Shown here: positions 46,096 to 60,470 of the stretch, in pieces
Layout of the letters: every line of letters begins with the position of its first letter
Position numbering within the stretch: the stretch's first letter is position 1
Assembly: GCF_009914755.1 (NCBI RefSeq)
Contig: NC_060930.1
Source: the human T2T-CHM13v2.0 reference genome, Homo sapiens
Length of the DNA stretch: 64,000 bases
Reading direction: 5' to 3' (one strand)
Notes under the pieces: model-generated
Databases searched by the model: none
Seen by the model: only the letters and a program-made list of their open reading frames with translations
What the model was told of the DNA's origin: nothing
Made by a program: the position numbers and the translations under genes

Positions 46096-47129
46096 ACAAA
46101 ACTGTCTTCTCCACTTCAGTCTTCTGTGTGACTTAGGATAATATTGAAAATGGTTAGGGTAGATCACTATACTTGTTAGCATTATATTTCTTAAGTTAAT
46201 AACTTGTTTTGGCAAGCCACCTGTAAAATGGTCATTTCGATAGATGCAAAAAGATTCTCACGTTTGATTGGAGACTTTTCTGGTCTGAGCCATTATATTA
46301 AATTGTTTAAGACTGTGGTTTTGGGGTCATCTAGAATTCACTTCAAAAATTGACTTTGTTACTGACTACCTGTAGGTCCCTGGGAAAGTCATTAATATCC
46401 CTTTGTCCAAGTTTGTTTATTTGTAAAATGAGGAGTAATAGTGCTGAATGTTAAGAAGCTCATGTGGGCTTATAAAAATGAGATAATTCATATGCGGTGC
46501 TTAGCCAAATGCCTGGTACAGAATTAGCTCTGAATAAATGGTAACTACTATTTTTATTGTCCCTATTGTTCTTACTGTTATTTTTTAACAGACTACCTTA
46601 GTTCAGTGAACTGTTACCACATATTTTTCCTTACCCCGTACCCCCGGTCTTAAATGTTTCTGGATTTTTACTCTAGAACTTTGTTTCTTACTTAGATTAT
46701 AAGGCTCTTTGAGGATCTGATGAAAGCTGTACCTGTTTTATCCAGAAAAAAGTACATAAAAATAACCACACAGTTTTCCATAGGGTTGTTTGTGGACTCA
46801 TTGAGCCTATAAATAAGAACCCTTGTTACTGAGCAAGAATGTAAAAACGCTGTTACCCATATAATGTTAAACTTAAAAATTTTTTATTATTATATAGTAA
46901 TTGAGTTTCCATTGACTGCTTTGAAATTAGACCTGTTACCTAATCTCTGAGCTAAAATAACAGATTATGAACTATTGACCTTTTTAAAATAAACATTTTT
47001 GAACATTCCCAGTTTTATATTGAGAAACTCATGCTAACTTTGATTGGATTGAATCATATAGCTTTAAAAAATAATCTTATGTCTTTATTGTTTGTCTCAC
47101 ATTATATCATCTTTGGCCAAAAGCTATAA

Positions 47130-47440
<311 letters not shown>

Positions 47441-47724
47441 CAACATGCTGTTTTTAAGGACCTCGTATGACATGATTTCCTAATTAGGATTTCTTAATTT
47501 TACTAATTAAATTTACCTAAAATTATTATCGTTTTGCACAATAAAAAAGTCTGTGTAAATTGCATAAATTGCATCTTGCTCTTCTGGATATTTCAGTACT
47601 GAATAGTTTAATTTTTTTTCTACTGTGTTTTATTAGAAGGCATATAGAATGTAGACATTATGACAGGATGTCAAGCGTTTTGTGATTCTAGGTGTCATTC
47701 TTCAAAAACAAATTATTGTTTCAG

Positions 47725-47912
47725 AAACTGTTTTGGCTGGGCCTACTTCACCTATACCTTCTCTGGGAAATGTGAGTGAAACTGCATCTGGATCAGTTAC
47801 ACAGCCAAAGAAAATTCGAGGAATTGGATTTGGAGACATTTTTAAAGAAGGCTCTGTGAAACTTCGGACAAGAACATCCAGTAGTGAAACAGAAGAGAAA
47901 AAACCAGAAAAG
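47725..47912 (+). CDS. CD2AP: CD2AP exon 6 (188 nt; [10 protein letters not shown]...[15 protein letters not shown]...EKKPEK)
   Basis: tttcag acceptor, aag|gtggta donor; GIGFGDIF motif of the CIN85/CD2AP family; phase 1 to 0. Confidence 0.96.
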
Positions 47913-50184
47913 GTGGTAATGATGGACTTGTTAGATTAACTCCACTCATTCTCTCATTAAGCATTTTTTAAAATGTAAAAGTCAGTTTGTAACTCTGTTA
48001 GATTTCTTTTTTTCAGATCACTAATAATTTGGTTATGAATGAGGAGGCTGTGAGAAATTTTGTCTCCAAATTTACAATGATTAATATTCATGTTTGAATC
48101 TAATAAAATTAGAATGCTTATTTCTTGGTAAATTTAACACACTTAGTAGAAGCTTTAGGGTTTTTAGTTAGCACAGTGTAAATAAAAATTAGAGGGTTTT
48201 TTGCCTTTTAAAGCTAAAATTATATATAAATTTAGTTATATATATAATTAATATAATAAATATATATTTAATTTGAATTAGACCTAAAATGGACTGTTTT
48301 TAAAATGGATTTAGAAAATATTAAATTACTTGATATTTTGGCACTACTTAAATTTCCTCTAGATTGTCAACATTCATTAAATTTACTAAACTTCTTTGAA
48401 TGTGTGGAGTATTTTATTTCATTAGCATTTTGCTGGCATTGTGAAATGAAACCAAGTAAGTGAGCCATAAATTATAAGAACTAAAAAGAGGCTTTAAAAT
48501 AAAACCTTAAGCTGTTAATTTGGTGGTAAAATAGCTACAGTCTGTAGAACATTTTTTCACAGTTCCTTCTATCAGTCCTATCTCTTTAACTCTGAAGAAA
48601 TTATAGTATTTCAGTATTTATTTGATTCGTGTAGCTACATCTCATTTAAAGACTGTGTTTTGGTTATTGAGATACTATTAAGTTTCCTCCTAAGATAGGT
48701 GGTTTCAACTTTTTTTATTCCTTTCCTAACTTGCTACGTATTTTCTTATGTAGCAGTGAAGAGTTGGGTTCAGGAAAGAGAACTTCCACTTTCTATCCTA
48801 CATATTCCTAGCTCTGAGACTATCTGGCATTAGGATTGTGGGGTCAAATTGATTCTTGGTTTTAAAGGTAAAGTTTGGAATTCTCATGGTTTTTGGGGTG
48901 GTGCTCTATAGCCATGTAACAGCTAGGAATGTTGGACAAGCAATTCTTGGCATTGTGATAGAAATTAGACTAGATGATCTTGTGCCCCTTCTAACTCTAA
49001 AGCTTAGGATTATATTGAATAACTTTAGTTGATTAATGATTATATTATCTTTTAATCATCCTTGATAATGTCTACTACTCAAGAGTTGTTATTAGTGACT
49101 GTAGTCTCAGGGTTACCCTATATAATGGTCTGGTCAGGCTTGCTTTGATCACTGATCCAGGAATTGATAAAATAGGGAGCACATTTGCTGTGTTTGTAGG
49201 TGCACCACAATATGGTGTTTAGAGTTGGGGAAAACTAAAGTAAGTATTTTAGAAGATAACAGAAGACACAGTAGTAGGTAGGTAAGTTAGCAGTGTGTTC
49301 AGATTTTTAAATAATGACATCTAAGGTTAAATGTACTGTTGTTTCTGGGTTAAATTACTGTTAAATAATAAGGTTAAATTACTGTTGTAATCTGTTAGTC
49401 CTTTACAGATTACAATGGAAAAATGTCTAGTAGACTGTAGCTATAAGGAACATAAGATTACCTGAATCATTTACATTCAGATAGCAATGAAGTATAAAGA
49501 GTTTTTTTTTCTCCTCTTTCATTTTAAGGTTTAGTTCTGGGTTAAAATCTGGGCTTTGCTGCTAAATTCCTTTTACTATGGACAGATGACTTATACAAAT
49601 TTGTATTATTGTATGAATAGTGCCCACTTAATGCAGATAGTTATGAGGCTACTAGTCCTATTTGCACTATTTATATAAAGTGTTTAGCCCAGGGATTTAA
49701 GTTCTCAAGTGCTGTTGTTTTTATTTATTGTATTTGTTTTATTGTAGTTTTTAGAGATAGGGTCTCACCATGTCATCCAGGCTGGAATGCAGTGGTACAA
49801 TCATAGCTCACTTATAACCTTCAACTCCTGGTTTCATGCAGTTCTCCTGCCTTGGCCTCCCTAAGTGTTGGGATTCAGACATGAACCACTGGTTCCTAGC
49901 CTCTTATTTATTTTAGAGATTCTAAAATTAAATCTCATTAATATACTATGGACGTCAGAGAATATTATCTTTGAGACAAGGAATCTTTAAATTGGTAGCT
50001 CTGAGCTATGATTTAAGGAACTTTGGAGACCTTTACCTGTTTCATTGCTAAGTTTTCAGTCACATTACTATCCTAGCTATAAGTACCATTAGGGAAAGCT
50101 GGGTAACTGTAAATGGAAACTTTGTTTAACAGTATTATCTTTATTCTATCTTAAAATAGTTTATGCCATTTTTTTCTATTCTAG

Positions 50185-50263
50185 CCCTTAATCCTACAGT
50201 CACTGGGACCCAAAACTCAGAGTGTGGAGATAACAAAAACAGATACCGAAGGTAAAATTAAAG
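50185..50263 (+). CDS. CD2AP: CD2AP exon 7 (79 nt; PLILQSLGPKTQSVEITKTDTEGKIK)
   Basis: tttttctattctag acceptor, aag|gtatgt donor; frame continuous with exons 6 and 8; too short for the ORF track. Confidence 0.96.
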
Positions 50264-50669
50264 GTATGTTTTTGAATAAAGCTTTCATATTGGGAATAGT
50301 AGAAACATACTCAAATGTATTAAGAGACTTGTTGGAAGCATTTGTTACACTGTCTTATTAGAATAGCAAATTCTATTAGATGTAAGCACCATGAGGTCAA
50401 GGATTTTGATATACTTTGTTGGTTGATGGATGTATCTCCTTGTAGTTGAATCTGTGCCTGGAACATCACAAACAGTAAATATTTGAATGAATGGATTAAT
50501 GAAATTGTTACTTAACATACGGTATTGACTATAAGTATTTTAAAATTTAAAGATAATTAAGTTCATCTCTAATAACTTTTAGTATACTTTACACAAGATA
50601 GAGGCTAAATAAGTATTTGTTGAATGAATCCATTTGTGTGAGCCACATTATTTACATTCTTTATTTCAG

Positions 50670-50764
50670 CTAAAGAATATTGTAGAACATTATTTGCCTA
50701 TGAAGGTACTAATGAAGATGAACTTACTTTTAAAGAGGGGGAGATAATCCATTTGATAAGTAAG
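50670..50764 (+). CDS. CD2AP: CD2AP exon 8 (95 nt; [32 protein letters not shown]), SH3C N-half
   Basis: tttcag acceptor, aag|gtaagg donor; SH3 LFAY..NEDELTF motif; phase 1 to 0. Confidence 0.97.
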
Positions 50765-51874
50765 GTAAGGTGTTTCTGTTTTTCAGTGAATTGCTTAATT
50801 TATTTATAGAAATATTTTTCAAAAGTTATACATTCACCCTAGAGTGTTCTTATATTCACCCTGGAATCTAGAAGAGCTGGGACTTTGTCTTGTTTCTAAG
50901 TCCTGAAAACTTGGCACGTAATAAGTGCTCAGAACGTTCTCTTTTTGAGCTAACTTTTATTGACTATATTTGTTGTAATTTATATATTGGGAATTATTGT
51001 TAACCATCATATTTGTTCTTTTTTAAGTACTTTTTTTTTAAAATTAACCTCAACTTCCCAGGTTTTTATTCTTACTTCTCTTCCACCTCATTCTATTTTT
51101 TCTCCTGTCTGTCGTTTGGAGTGTTGTTTGTAATGTAAACAGAAGAAAAATAGGGAAACAAGCTAAACATCCATGAGTATGGAAATGGTTCTGAAACTCT
51201 TTTTACTCTGGAAAATGATGTCACCATTTTAAAGAATGAAGTGATTTTATAACTTGGAATAAATCCTAATGCAAAATAAAGAGAAAACCCAGTACTACTT
51301 GTGTGTGGGCAGAATCCTATAATAACTAGTATTATGGGAAAATTACAAATATTTTGTTTTTGCTATAACCCTGTAGAATAATTTTTGAAATTCTGCCCCC
51401 CACCCCCAACCTTTTTTAAGTAGAAATGGAGTCTTGCTATGTTGTCCAGGCTGGTCTCAAACTCTTGAGCTCAAGCATTCCTCTCGCTTTGGCCTCCCAA
51501 AGTGCCGAGATTACAGGTGTGAGCTACCACACCTGGCCCCATTGTTTTACACTGACTTTGTTATAAGATGTCATAGTGTATATAATTTTTTTTAAAAATA
51601 AGTTTTATTGTGTAAAGTATAATGATGTTATAGGATACGTAGTAATAAAAAGGTTATTATAGTGAAGCAAATTGACATCTGTCATCTCACATAGTTACCT
51701 TTTTTTAGTGGCAATAGCAGCTAAAATCATTTAGCAAGAATTTTATAAATGTATGTGAATTTTCATATTAATATAATTTGCACTGATTACACCTAATTTT
51801 TCATGCAAGGGTGGTGGGTATTTAGAAGAAACTTAGAAGGTCTTGTTAATTAAAAAAAAAGAAAAAGAAAAATT

Positions 51875-52170
51875 AAAGACAAGGTCTAGCTTTGTCGCCC
51901 AGGCTGGCGTGCAGTGGTGTGATCATAGCTCAATGCAGCCTTGAGCTCATGGGCACAAGTGATCCTCCTGCCTCAGCCTCCTAAGTAGCTGAGACTACTA
52001 CAGTTGCATCCCATTGCGCCTGATTAATTCTTTTTTCAAAATTTTTTTGTAGAGACAGGGTCTTGCTATGTTGCCCAGGCTGGTGTTGCAAACTCCTGGC
52101 GTCAGGCAATCTTCCCACATCAGCCTCTGAAGTTACTGGGATTACAAAGCATGAACCACTGTGCCTGGTC
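51875..52170 (-). mobile_element. AluJ
   Basis: Antisense dimer. Confidence 0.88.
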
Positions 52171-52211
52171 AAATCGTGTTAATTTTTAAAGCAGCTGAAT
52201 AATGTGATTAA

Positions 52212-52658
<447 letters not shown>

Positions 52659-52774
52659 TAAATGGAATTTTAAAATTGATATAGTTTTTAAAACTAAACG
52701 CAATTTTGTAACTGCTGCTAAAAGTAATACGTGGGAAATATTTTCTTTTAGGACAGTGTGATCTGTTTAGTTCC

Positions 52775-53008
<234 letters not shown>

Positions 53009-53044
53009 GGTCTATTGTCTTAATTATTCTATTTTGCTTTTTAG

Positions 53045-53149
53045 GAGACTGGAGAAGCTGGCTGGTGGAGGGGCGAACTTAATGGTAAAGAAGGAGTATT
53101 TCCAGACAATTTTGCTGTCCAGATAAATGAACTTGATAAAGACTTTCCA
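53045..53149 (+). CDS. CD2AP: CD2AP exon 9 (105 nt; [35 protein letters not shown]), SH3C C-half
   Basis: gcttttag acceptor, cca|gtaagc donor; GWW and GVFPDNF motifs; phase 0 to 0. Confidence 0.97.
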
Positions 53150-54522
53150 GTAAGCTTTTGTTTTTCAATGATGATAATACTTGAAAGAACATTTTGCCAC
53201 TATTCTTTTGCAAACAAGTTTTTTTGCATTATTATTGAATAATTTTTATGAAGGAGTTTCAGATGTAGCTATTCAGGTAGGAGTTATTTGAGTTATAGTA
53301 AAACAAAATAATGTTTCAGTTCCGTACTTTATTCTTCCTTTGTTTCTTTCTCGACTGTACTGAAAAATAACCTTAGACTTCTTTATTTTATAATTTAAGA
53401 AGGGCTGTCTATCCTAATAACATAAATTAGTACTTTCCTGGAAGAAATTGTATTTTTATTTAATGTTGTTGAAAAGCTCTAGTTTATTTTAAGGTCTTGT
53501 GGATATTGCTGTTATGCTGTTGGTGCATTTTTTTGGGAGGGCAAGAGCACTCTGCCTCCTTACAGAATTTGTTATTTTTGTGTCACTTCTCAGAGAAAAA
53601 GTGAGGCTGAGTCATTCATCAGTGGTCTTTTGCCTTCCTACAACTTGGTCCCTTTTCCCCATGGATGAGGAATATAATAGAGTTTTTAGAATAGAGGGAA
53701 AGAGCATCAACACAAGCACACAACAGGATGGGCTACCATGTTAGGTTTAAGCCAATGCATAACTCTCCAACTCTATGGAAGCTTAGGCTGTCTGAGGCCT
53801 TTGTTTTGTTAGATTGCATTCAGTATTGATTCAGCCTTCATATGCTTTATTTTATAGTTTTACTAAAGAATACGTTTTTCTGCTTTTATTATGTTTGTAC
53901 ATTACGGCTTATCAATTATTCTTAATTTGTAAAAACCAAGTCCACCAACTTAGAAGTGTATATCAATATTTTAAGGTATTAAGTCTTAAAAATGAGCGAA
54001 TGTTTATAAATTGAGAAAAAACATGTCTTTGCCTTTAACTGTTCCTTTGAGAGTTCCAAAGAGTTAAGAGTGAAAACTAAGTCTATTTGTTGCTACTCTG
54101 TTTTTAAAAACCAAAACAAAACAAACAAAAAAAAAACGGTCTCTCCCTTGTTCTGCCAGTCTTCCTCTCCCCACAACCCCAGCTGCAAAAGAGGGGTAAA
54201 ATGGTACTTAGGAATCTTAACCTAGGGGAGGCAGAGCAGAACATTTTTGCTCATTAAGATTTTTAAGGTTTATTCAATCCACTGAAATATGGATTGAGAT
54301 ATTTGACTGAATTTTGACCAATGAGGCTGTTTTTTCTAATGAAATAATTTGTTGTCATTGACTTTTTGGGTAGTTTTTACGATCTTAGCATTTTATATTT
54401 TGTCAAGGATTGAATGAAGAGGAGAGACATTTGTATAATTTAGATTATTACTAATTAGAGTTTATTTTAACTATATTTGATATGAAACTGGTCAGCCGTT
54501 TCCACCATTATTATTTTAACAG

Positions 54523-54559
54523 AAACCAAAGAAACCACCACCTCCTGCTAAGGCTCCAG
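54523..54559 (+). CDS. CD2AP: CD2AP exon 10 (37 nt; KPKKPPPPAKAP), proline-rich
   Basis: ttttaacag acceptor, cag|gtatgt donor; frame continuous. Confidence 0.95.
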
Positions 54560-55239
54560 GTATGTAAGAAGCATATTATTCAGTTTGCTATTTTACATTT
54601 TTTAAAATTCTAAAATGGTAAAATTGGATCTAATGCAAACTATTGATTTTTATCAAGTATGATGTCTGTAAACATTTTTAGAAATATATGAAAATTGAGT
54701 GTTCACATGCATTAGTATCTGTCATTTTTCTTAAAGTACAAATGGTATAAAATAGGGATCTTGAAAATGTAGATACTTTATATGTAATTTTGAGTTAATA
54801 AAATTAATCAAATTTAAACTGTTTTAGAAAACTTAATATATTGACCTGGCCAACTAGTTATTCTACCTTTTCAAATGAAATCCATTTGTTAATGTCTCAA
54901 ATAATAATTTATGTACTCTTCTTTTCAGGGAATATGCTGAAGGTTAAACAAAGTAGATGATTTTAAACAGATGAATAAATTATGGTAGACCTAGAAGTGT
55001 CTTCAAGAGTTAAAGTTTTGTAATCTGGCTCTTTGCTTCCATAATTTTTGAATAATTGATCTTTACAAGTGTAATAAAAATTTCTATTTCCTAAAAGATT
55101 TGCTGTTTTTTTAGAATAATTCAAGTCTTTTTGTCGCCCTTGGTTTTAGCTTTATATTTGCTGACCTAATCCTAGAGCAAAGAAAACATAAGTTAAAAGT
55201 AATTTTTATAGAAGTTGGTGTTGAAAGCTTTTTATATAG

Positions 55240-55400
55240 CTTTACTCTTCAATGTGGTAGCCACTAACCATGTGTGGCTTTTAAACTTAAGATTAAATAA
55301 AATTTAAAAATTCAGTTTCTCAGTCATAGGAGTGCCATTTCAAGTGTTCAGTAGTCACATGTTGGATACTGAAAAAATAGAATGTTTTCATCACCACAGC
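55240..55400. mobile_element. MER3/MER33-like hAT element
   Basis: tggtagccactaaccatgtgtggct...aaattcagtt...catttcaagtgttcagtagtcacatg. Confidence 0.65.
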
Positions 55401-55661
55401 TCTTCCATACTGCAGTACGGTAGAGGATATGATCTCTAACACCTAAATTTGACAAAGAAGGAACTGAGACCACAGAGTAGGGTAATAGTGGCAGGTCCAG
55501 GATTAGAATTTGAGCCTGGTAATTCCGGTACATTGTTCTTTCTATTAAACCGTGGTTTCATCTGATGTTATTTTTCAACTCATCTTTACTTTTTAGAAGT
55601 GTAATTGTCTCTGTGCTTTAAAACTGTCTTCTTAAAAAAGTATTAATGTTTTTTCCCATAG

Positions 55662-55724
55662 CTCCAAAGCCTGAACTGATAGCTGCAGAGAAGAAATATT
55701 TTTCTTTAAAGCCTGAAGAAAAGG
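55662..55724 (+). CDS. CD2AP: CD2AP exon 11 (63 nt; APKPELIAAEKKYFSLKPEEK)
   Basis: tttttcccatag acceptor, agg|gtgagg donor; phase 1 to 1. Confidence 0.95.
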
Positions 55725-56429
55725 GTGAGGCTAATTTTCAACTTTCAAAAAAGCAATTATTTCTTTTATTGTCATTTTAAAGAGAATTATTTCTCCACAC
55801 TGAGTCATTTACACTGATTTTTAACAGGTATTCAGTATGTATTTAACAATGCTTGGAGTTTTCTGGGAGGGAGTAGTTCATTTCTCAAACAGATAACAAT
55901 TTACATTCATTAAAAAATTAAACTATTCAGTAGGATGTTGTCTTTATTCAGTTATTTCACAGACTGTATAAGAAAACTAAGCATTAAATAACTATGCTTT
56001 TATTATTTTTATAGTGTTTCAGTTTTTAAAAAATTCCTTAGAATGTTGAAGACCCAGTTCCTACTTAAGCATGAAAATAATTAATTACATATTATTTAAT
56101 CTCACTGCATGTGTTTGTCATAATGTAAACCTGGAAAGTTATTCCAGGGTACCACATGTATTTTGCTAAAAACCTTATTGGTTTGTTGTGAATTTGGAGA
56201 AAATAAGTCCTTCTCATTGCACATAAAGATTTGCAATGATTGTCACTAGTAGATTAGTTTATATACATCAAGAAACTTGAATACTATTTTAGAATGCTTT
56301 TTGTTTCTTCCTCCAGTGTTGTAGTCTAATCCATCCTTGTTTCTTGCCTAAAGTATTGTATCCTCTTACTTGATTTCTCTCACTTTAGCTCCTTTTCTGG
56401 CTCATACTTCATGTTGTTGCCAGGATCAT

Positions 56430-56742
56430 GTTTTTTTTGTTTTTTTTTGTTTTGTTTTTTTTTTTTTGTCTCGCTCTCTGGCCCAGGCTGGAGTGCAGTG
56501 GCGCAATATCGGCTCACTGCAAGCTCCGCCTCCTGGGTTCATGCCATTCTCCTGCCTCAGCCTCCTGAGTAGCTGGGACTACAGGCACCCGCCACCACGC
56601 CCGGCTAATTTTTTGTATTTTTTAGTAGAGGCGGGGTTTCACCATGTTAGCCAGGATGGTCTCGATTTGCTGACCTCGTGATCCACCCACTTCTGCCTTC
56701 CAAAGTGCTGGGATTACAGGTGTGAGCCTCCGTGCCTGGGCC
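56430..56742 (-). mobile_element. AluY-like
   Basis: Antisense dimer with Y diagnostics. Confidence 0.92.
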
Positions 56743-56749
56743 AGTATCA

Positions 56750-58140
56750 TTTTTTTAAGGAGACTGTTTTTTAGAGCAGTTTTAGGTTCACAGCAAAATT
56801 GAGCCAAAAGTACAGAGTTCCTGTATACTTCCTTTCTTCACACAGGCACAATTTTTCCCACTGTTAACATTCTGTACCAGAGTGGCATATTTGTTAAAAT
56901 CAGTGAGCCTTCCTACATTGACACTTCTTTATCACTCAAAGTCCATAGTTTCCTTTAGTGTTCACTCCTAGTGTTGTAACTATTATGGATTTTGACAAAT
57001 GTATAATGTCCTGTATCCACCATTGTAGTATCATACAGAATAGCATTACTACTCTAAAAACCTTCTTTATTCTACCTATTCATCTGTCCTTCCCTTCAAC
57101 CCTTGTCAACCATTAATTTTTTTAATGACTCCATAGTTTTGCCTTTTCCAGAGTGTCATATAGTTAGAATCATACAGCACGTAGCCTTTTCAAATTGGCG
57201 TCTTTCACTTAATTATATGCCTTTAAAATTTCTCCGTATGTTTTCATGGCTTGGGAGGCATATGTTGTTAGCATCAAATAATATTTCAATGTCTTTATAT
57301 TCCACAGTTTATTAATCCACTCACTCACTGAGGGACATCGTGATTGCTTCTAAGTTTTGGCACTTATAAGGGGAGCTGCTATAAATGTGTGTAGGTCTTT
57401 GTGTGGACATATTTTCTATTCATTTGGGTAAATACCAAGGAGAGGGATTACCTGATAATATGGCAAGAGTATATTGAGTTTTGTAGGCGCAACTGCCAAA
57501 CTTCTTCCAATGTGGCTGAACCATTTTGTACTCCCCCTAGTAATCAGTGAGAATTTCTGTTCTACGTTCTAGCCAGCATTTGGTATTTTAAGTGTTTTGG
57601 ATTTTGGCCTTTCTAATAGGTGTGTAGTGGTATTTTACTTTTGTTTTCAGTTGCAATTCCGTAATGATATATGATGTTGAATATCTTCTCATATGCTTAA
57701 TTGTCATTTGTATATCTTTGGTAAAGTGTTCTGGTCTTTTGTTCATTTTTTATTCAGGTTTTTTTTCCTTCAGTTTCTTTCTTTGTATATTTTGTATAGC
57801 AATCCTTTAGTAGATGTCTTTTGCAAATATTTTCTCCCAGTCTGACTTGTTTTCTTCACAGAGCAGAAGTTTTAAATTTGATTGAAGCTTATCAATTACT
57901 TCTTTTATGGATCATGGCTTTGGTGTTGTATCTAAAAAGTCATTGCCATACCCAAGGTCATCTGGATTTTCTCCTGTGTAATCTTCTAGGAATTTTATAG
58001 TTTTGTGTTTTACATTTAGGTTTGTGATTCATTTTGAGTTAATTTTTGTGAAAGTTGTAAGGTCATTGTCTAGATTCATTTTTTTTTTTTTTGGCATGTG
58101 AATGTCTAGTTGATCCAACACCGTTTGTTGAAAAGACTTT
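56750..58140 (-). mobile_element. L1MB/MC-like 3' region, antisense
   Basis: ttttagagcagttttaggttcacagcaaaattgagc terminus followed by ORF2 3' remnants. Confidence 0.75.
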
Positions 58141-58670
58141 CAGTTTTCAGATAAAAATCAAAAGTTCAAATTCAAGGCCCTCCAGTAACTAACTGACCCC
58201 CCGATTACATTTTTGATATCATCTTCCACCCTTTTTGTTTACTAAATGTAGCACTCACTCTCTAGTCCCTAAATATGTCATGTACTTTCCTAGCTTTATC
58301 TTTCGTTTTACTTTCAAAATGGAAGTTTTTTTATATTCTTTTTTTATACTTAAGAATTTTAAAAATATGCTGCACAAACAATTTATGCTTAATAAAAATA
58401 TTAGTCTCAGATTAATTCTTTGTGAACTAGTTAGGTAGGAGTCTTAGATCAGTTTTTAGTACTTGTTTATAATATCTGTCCTACCTGAAAAACTCAGCTT
58501 ACCAAGATATGTAGAACCACATGTAAGAGGTATATTGCTGGCTTTATTATCTATTTTTTTACTATTAAAAAAAATCATGTCACCAGTTAGTCAGCAGTTT
58601 TGTTAAAATTCAGATAGTGACTTCCCCTTTTCCCTAAAATCAGTCAGTTGTTCTTATAAATAAATTGGAG

Positions 58671-58974
58671 GCCGGGCGCGGTGTCTTACGCCTGTAATCC
58701 CAGCACTTTGGGAGGCCGAGGTGGGCGGATCATGAGGTCAGGACATTGAGACCATCCTGGCTAACACGGTGAAACCCCGTCTCTACTAAAAATAAAATAA
58801 AAAAAAAAAAACCAGCTGGGTGTAGCGGCGGGCGCCTGTAGACCCAGCTACTCAGGAGGCTTGAGGCAGGAGAATGGCGTGAACTCGGGAGGCGGAGCTT
58901 GCAGTGAGCCGATATTGCGCCACTGCACTCCAGCGTGGGCGACAGAGCAAGACTCCGTCTCAAAAAAAAAAAAA
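58671..58974 (+). mobile_element. AluY
   Basis: ctggctaacacggtgaaacccc and aatggcgtgaac diagnostics. Confidence 0.94.
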
Positions 58975-58999
58975 GGAAGGTGATGCATTTTTGTTACTT

Positions 59000-60470
59000 T
59001 TATCTATGCAAAATCCTGCCCATGGTGGAATGACAGGGACCGAATTTACACTCCTGAGTTAAACAACTGGAAAATTGGACAAAATGTATGAAACAGTGGC
59101 TTTCACATATCGGACATCAGACAGTATAAGTCACTGTGACACTGAAGTGAGACCTATAATTACCACAGCTTATTGTCTAGAAGCAGTTTACAGGCAGCAG
59201 AAAGGAGGAAGCCAAACAGACCTCGATGTCCTACAGAGTTGAGGATGCAGAGATAGGTATTTAGGAAGGCCCGGGCAGCTACAATTTGTGGGGCAGAGTG
59301 CCAGAGTGGTGGGAACTGCACAGAGAGTACTCAGATCTGTAGACAGCTTACTGTGAGGCTTTGCCTGAATATTGATCTACACATGCATGAAAAGAAATTT
59401 CCATAATGAGAAATAACCATTGGAAAGCAATAGGTGAAGCACTCTTTGTAACTCACAAACAGTTCATTTTTCCATGAGCCAGAGTAGAAAGATCTCATAA
59501 TATATAGCACATTGGATAGAGTTCATAAAACAGTGTATCACCTTAGACTAAAGGTTTCTCTGCCTCTATCTTGGAAATACGGCCAACAAATTCCAGAATA
59601 AAATTTGGTACAACTTAAAAGCATATAATGAAATTTTGTATTCAAGAGAGTAAAAATCACGGCGTCCATTGTCTGATTAAAGATTGCCAGGCATAGAAAG
59701 AGCAAGAAAATAGCAATACACAACCAGGGAAGAAAAATCAGTCAGCAGAAAAGAGCAAGAAATGACAGAGATGGTGGAGATAGAAGGCAAGTACATTAAA
59801 ACAGCTATGATAAACATTTCCCATGTGTTTAAAAAGGTAGAAGAAAATGTGAACATTACAGTGCAAAAACTGGAAAATATAAGAAAGACCCAAATTGAAC
59901 CTTTAGAAAAGAATAATACAGTATCTGAAATGAGAAACACTGAATGGAATGTCCAGTAGAGTGGAAACTGCAGAAGAAAATGTTAGTGAACTTGAAGACA
60001 TAGCAAATAGAACCATTAAAAATGTATAGAAAAAAAGTGAACAGAATATTGGTTACCTGAGTGACAATATCAAGTGGTTTTACTTACCTGTAATTGGGGT
60101 ACCTAATGGAAAGGTGAGAGAATGGGGACATGAAAAAACTTAAAGAAATAATGGCTGAAAATTTTAATTTGATGCAAATTTATGACAAAAAGCTTAAAGC
60201 CAGGAAGAAAATAACTGTCAACCTATAGTTTTCTACCTAACAAAAATACCTTTTGGGAATGGGTCAAAATTAAAACCTTTTGAGACAAAATCTCAGAGAA
60301 CTTATTGCCAGTAGAACTGTATTACAGAAAATGTTAAAAAATTACTTTTGGTAGAAGGAAAACGATACTAGATTGGCAGTTGGTATTACTCAAAGCAATG
60401 AAGAATGCCAGAAGTAGTAAATATGTGACTAGATATAGAAGACATTTTCCCTCCATTTAAAAATCTCACA
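59000..60470 (+). mobile_element. Old L1M 5'/ORF1 remnant
   Basis: A-rich sequence; ORF1 coiled-coil-like peptide in ORF 59762..59959. Confidence 0.6.

Noticed and set aside
47682-47939. ORF-track extensions around exons 4, 5 and 6 as standalone genes
   Set aside because: Intronic read-through flanking true exons defined by splice sites
48215-48280. AT-only pseudo-palindromes
   Set aside because: Low complexity; symmetry expected by chance
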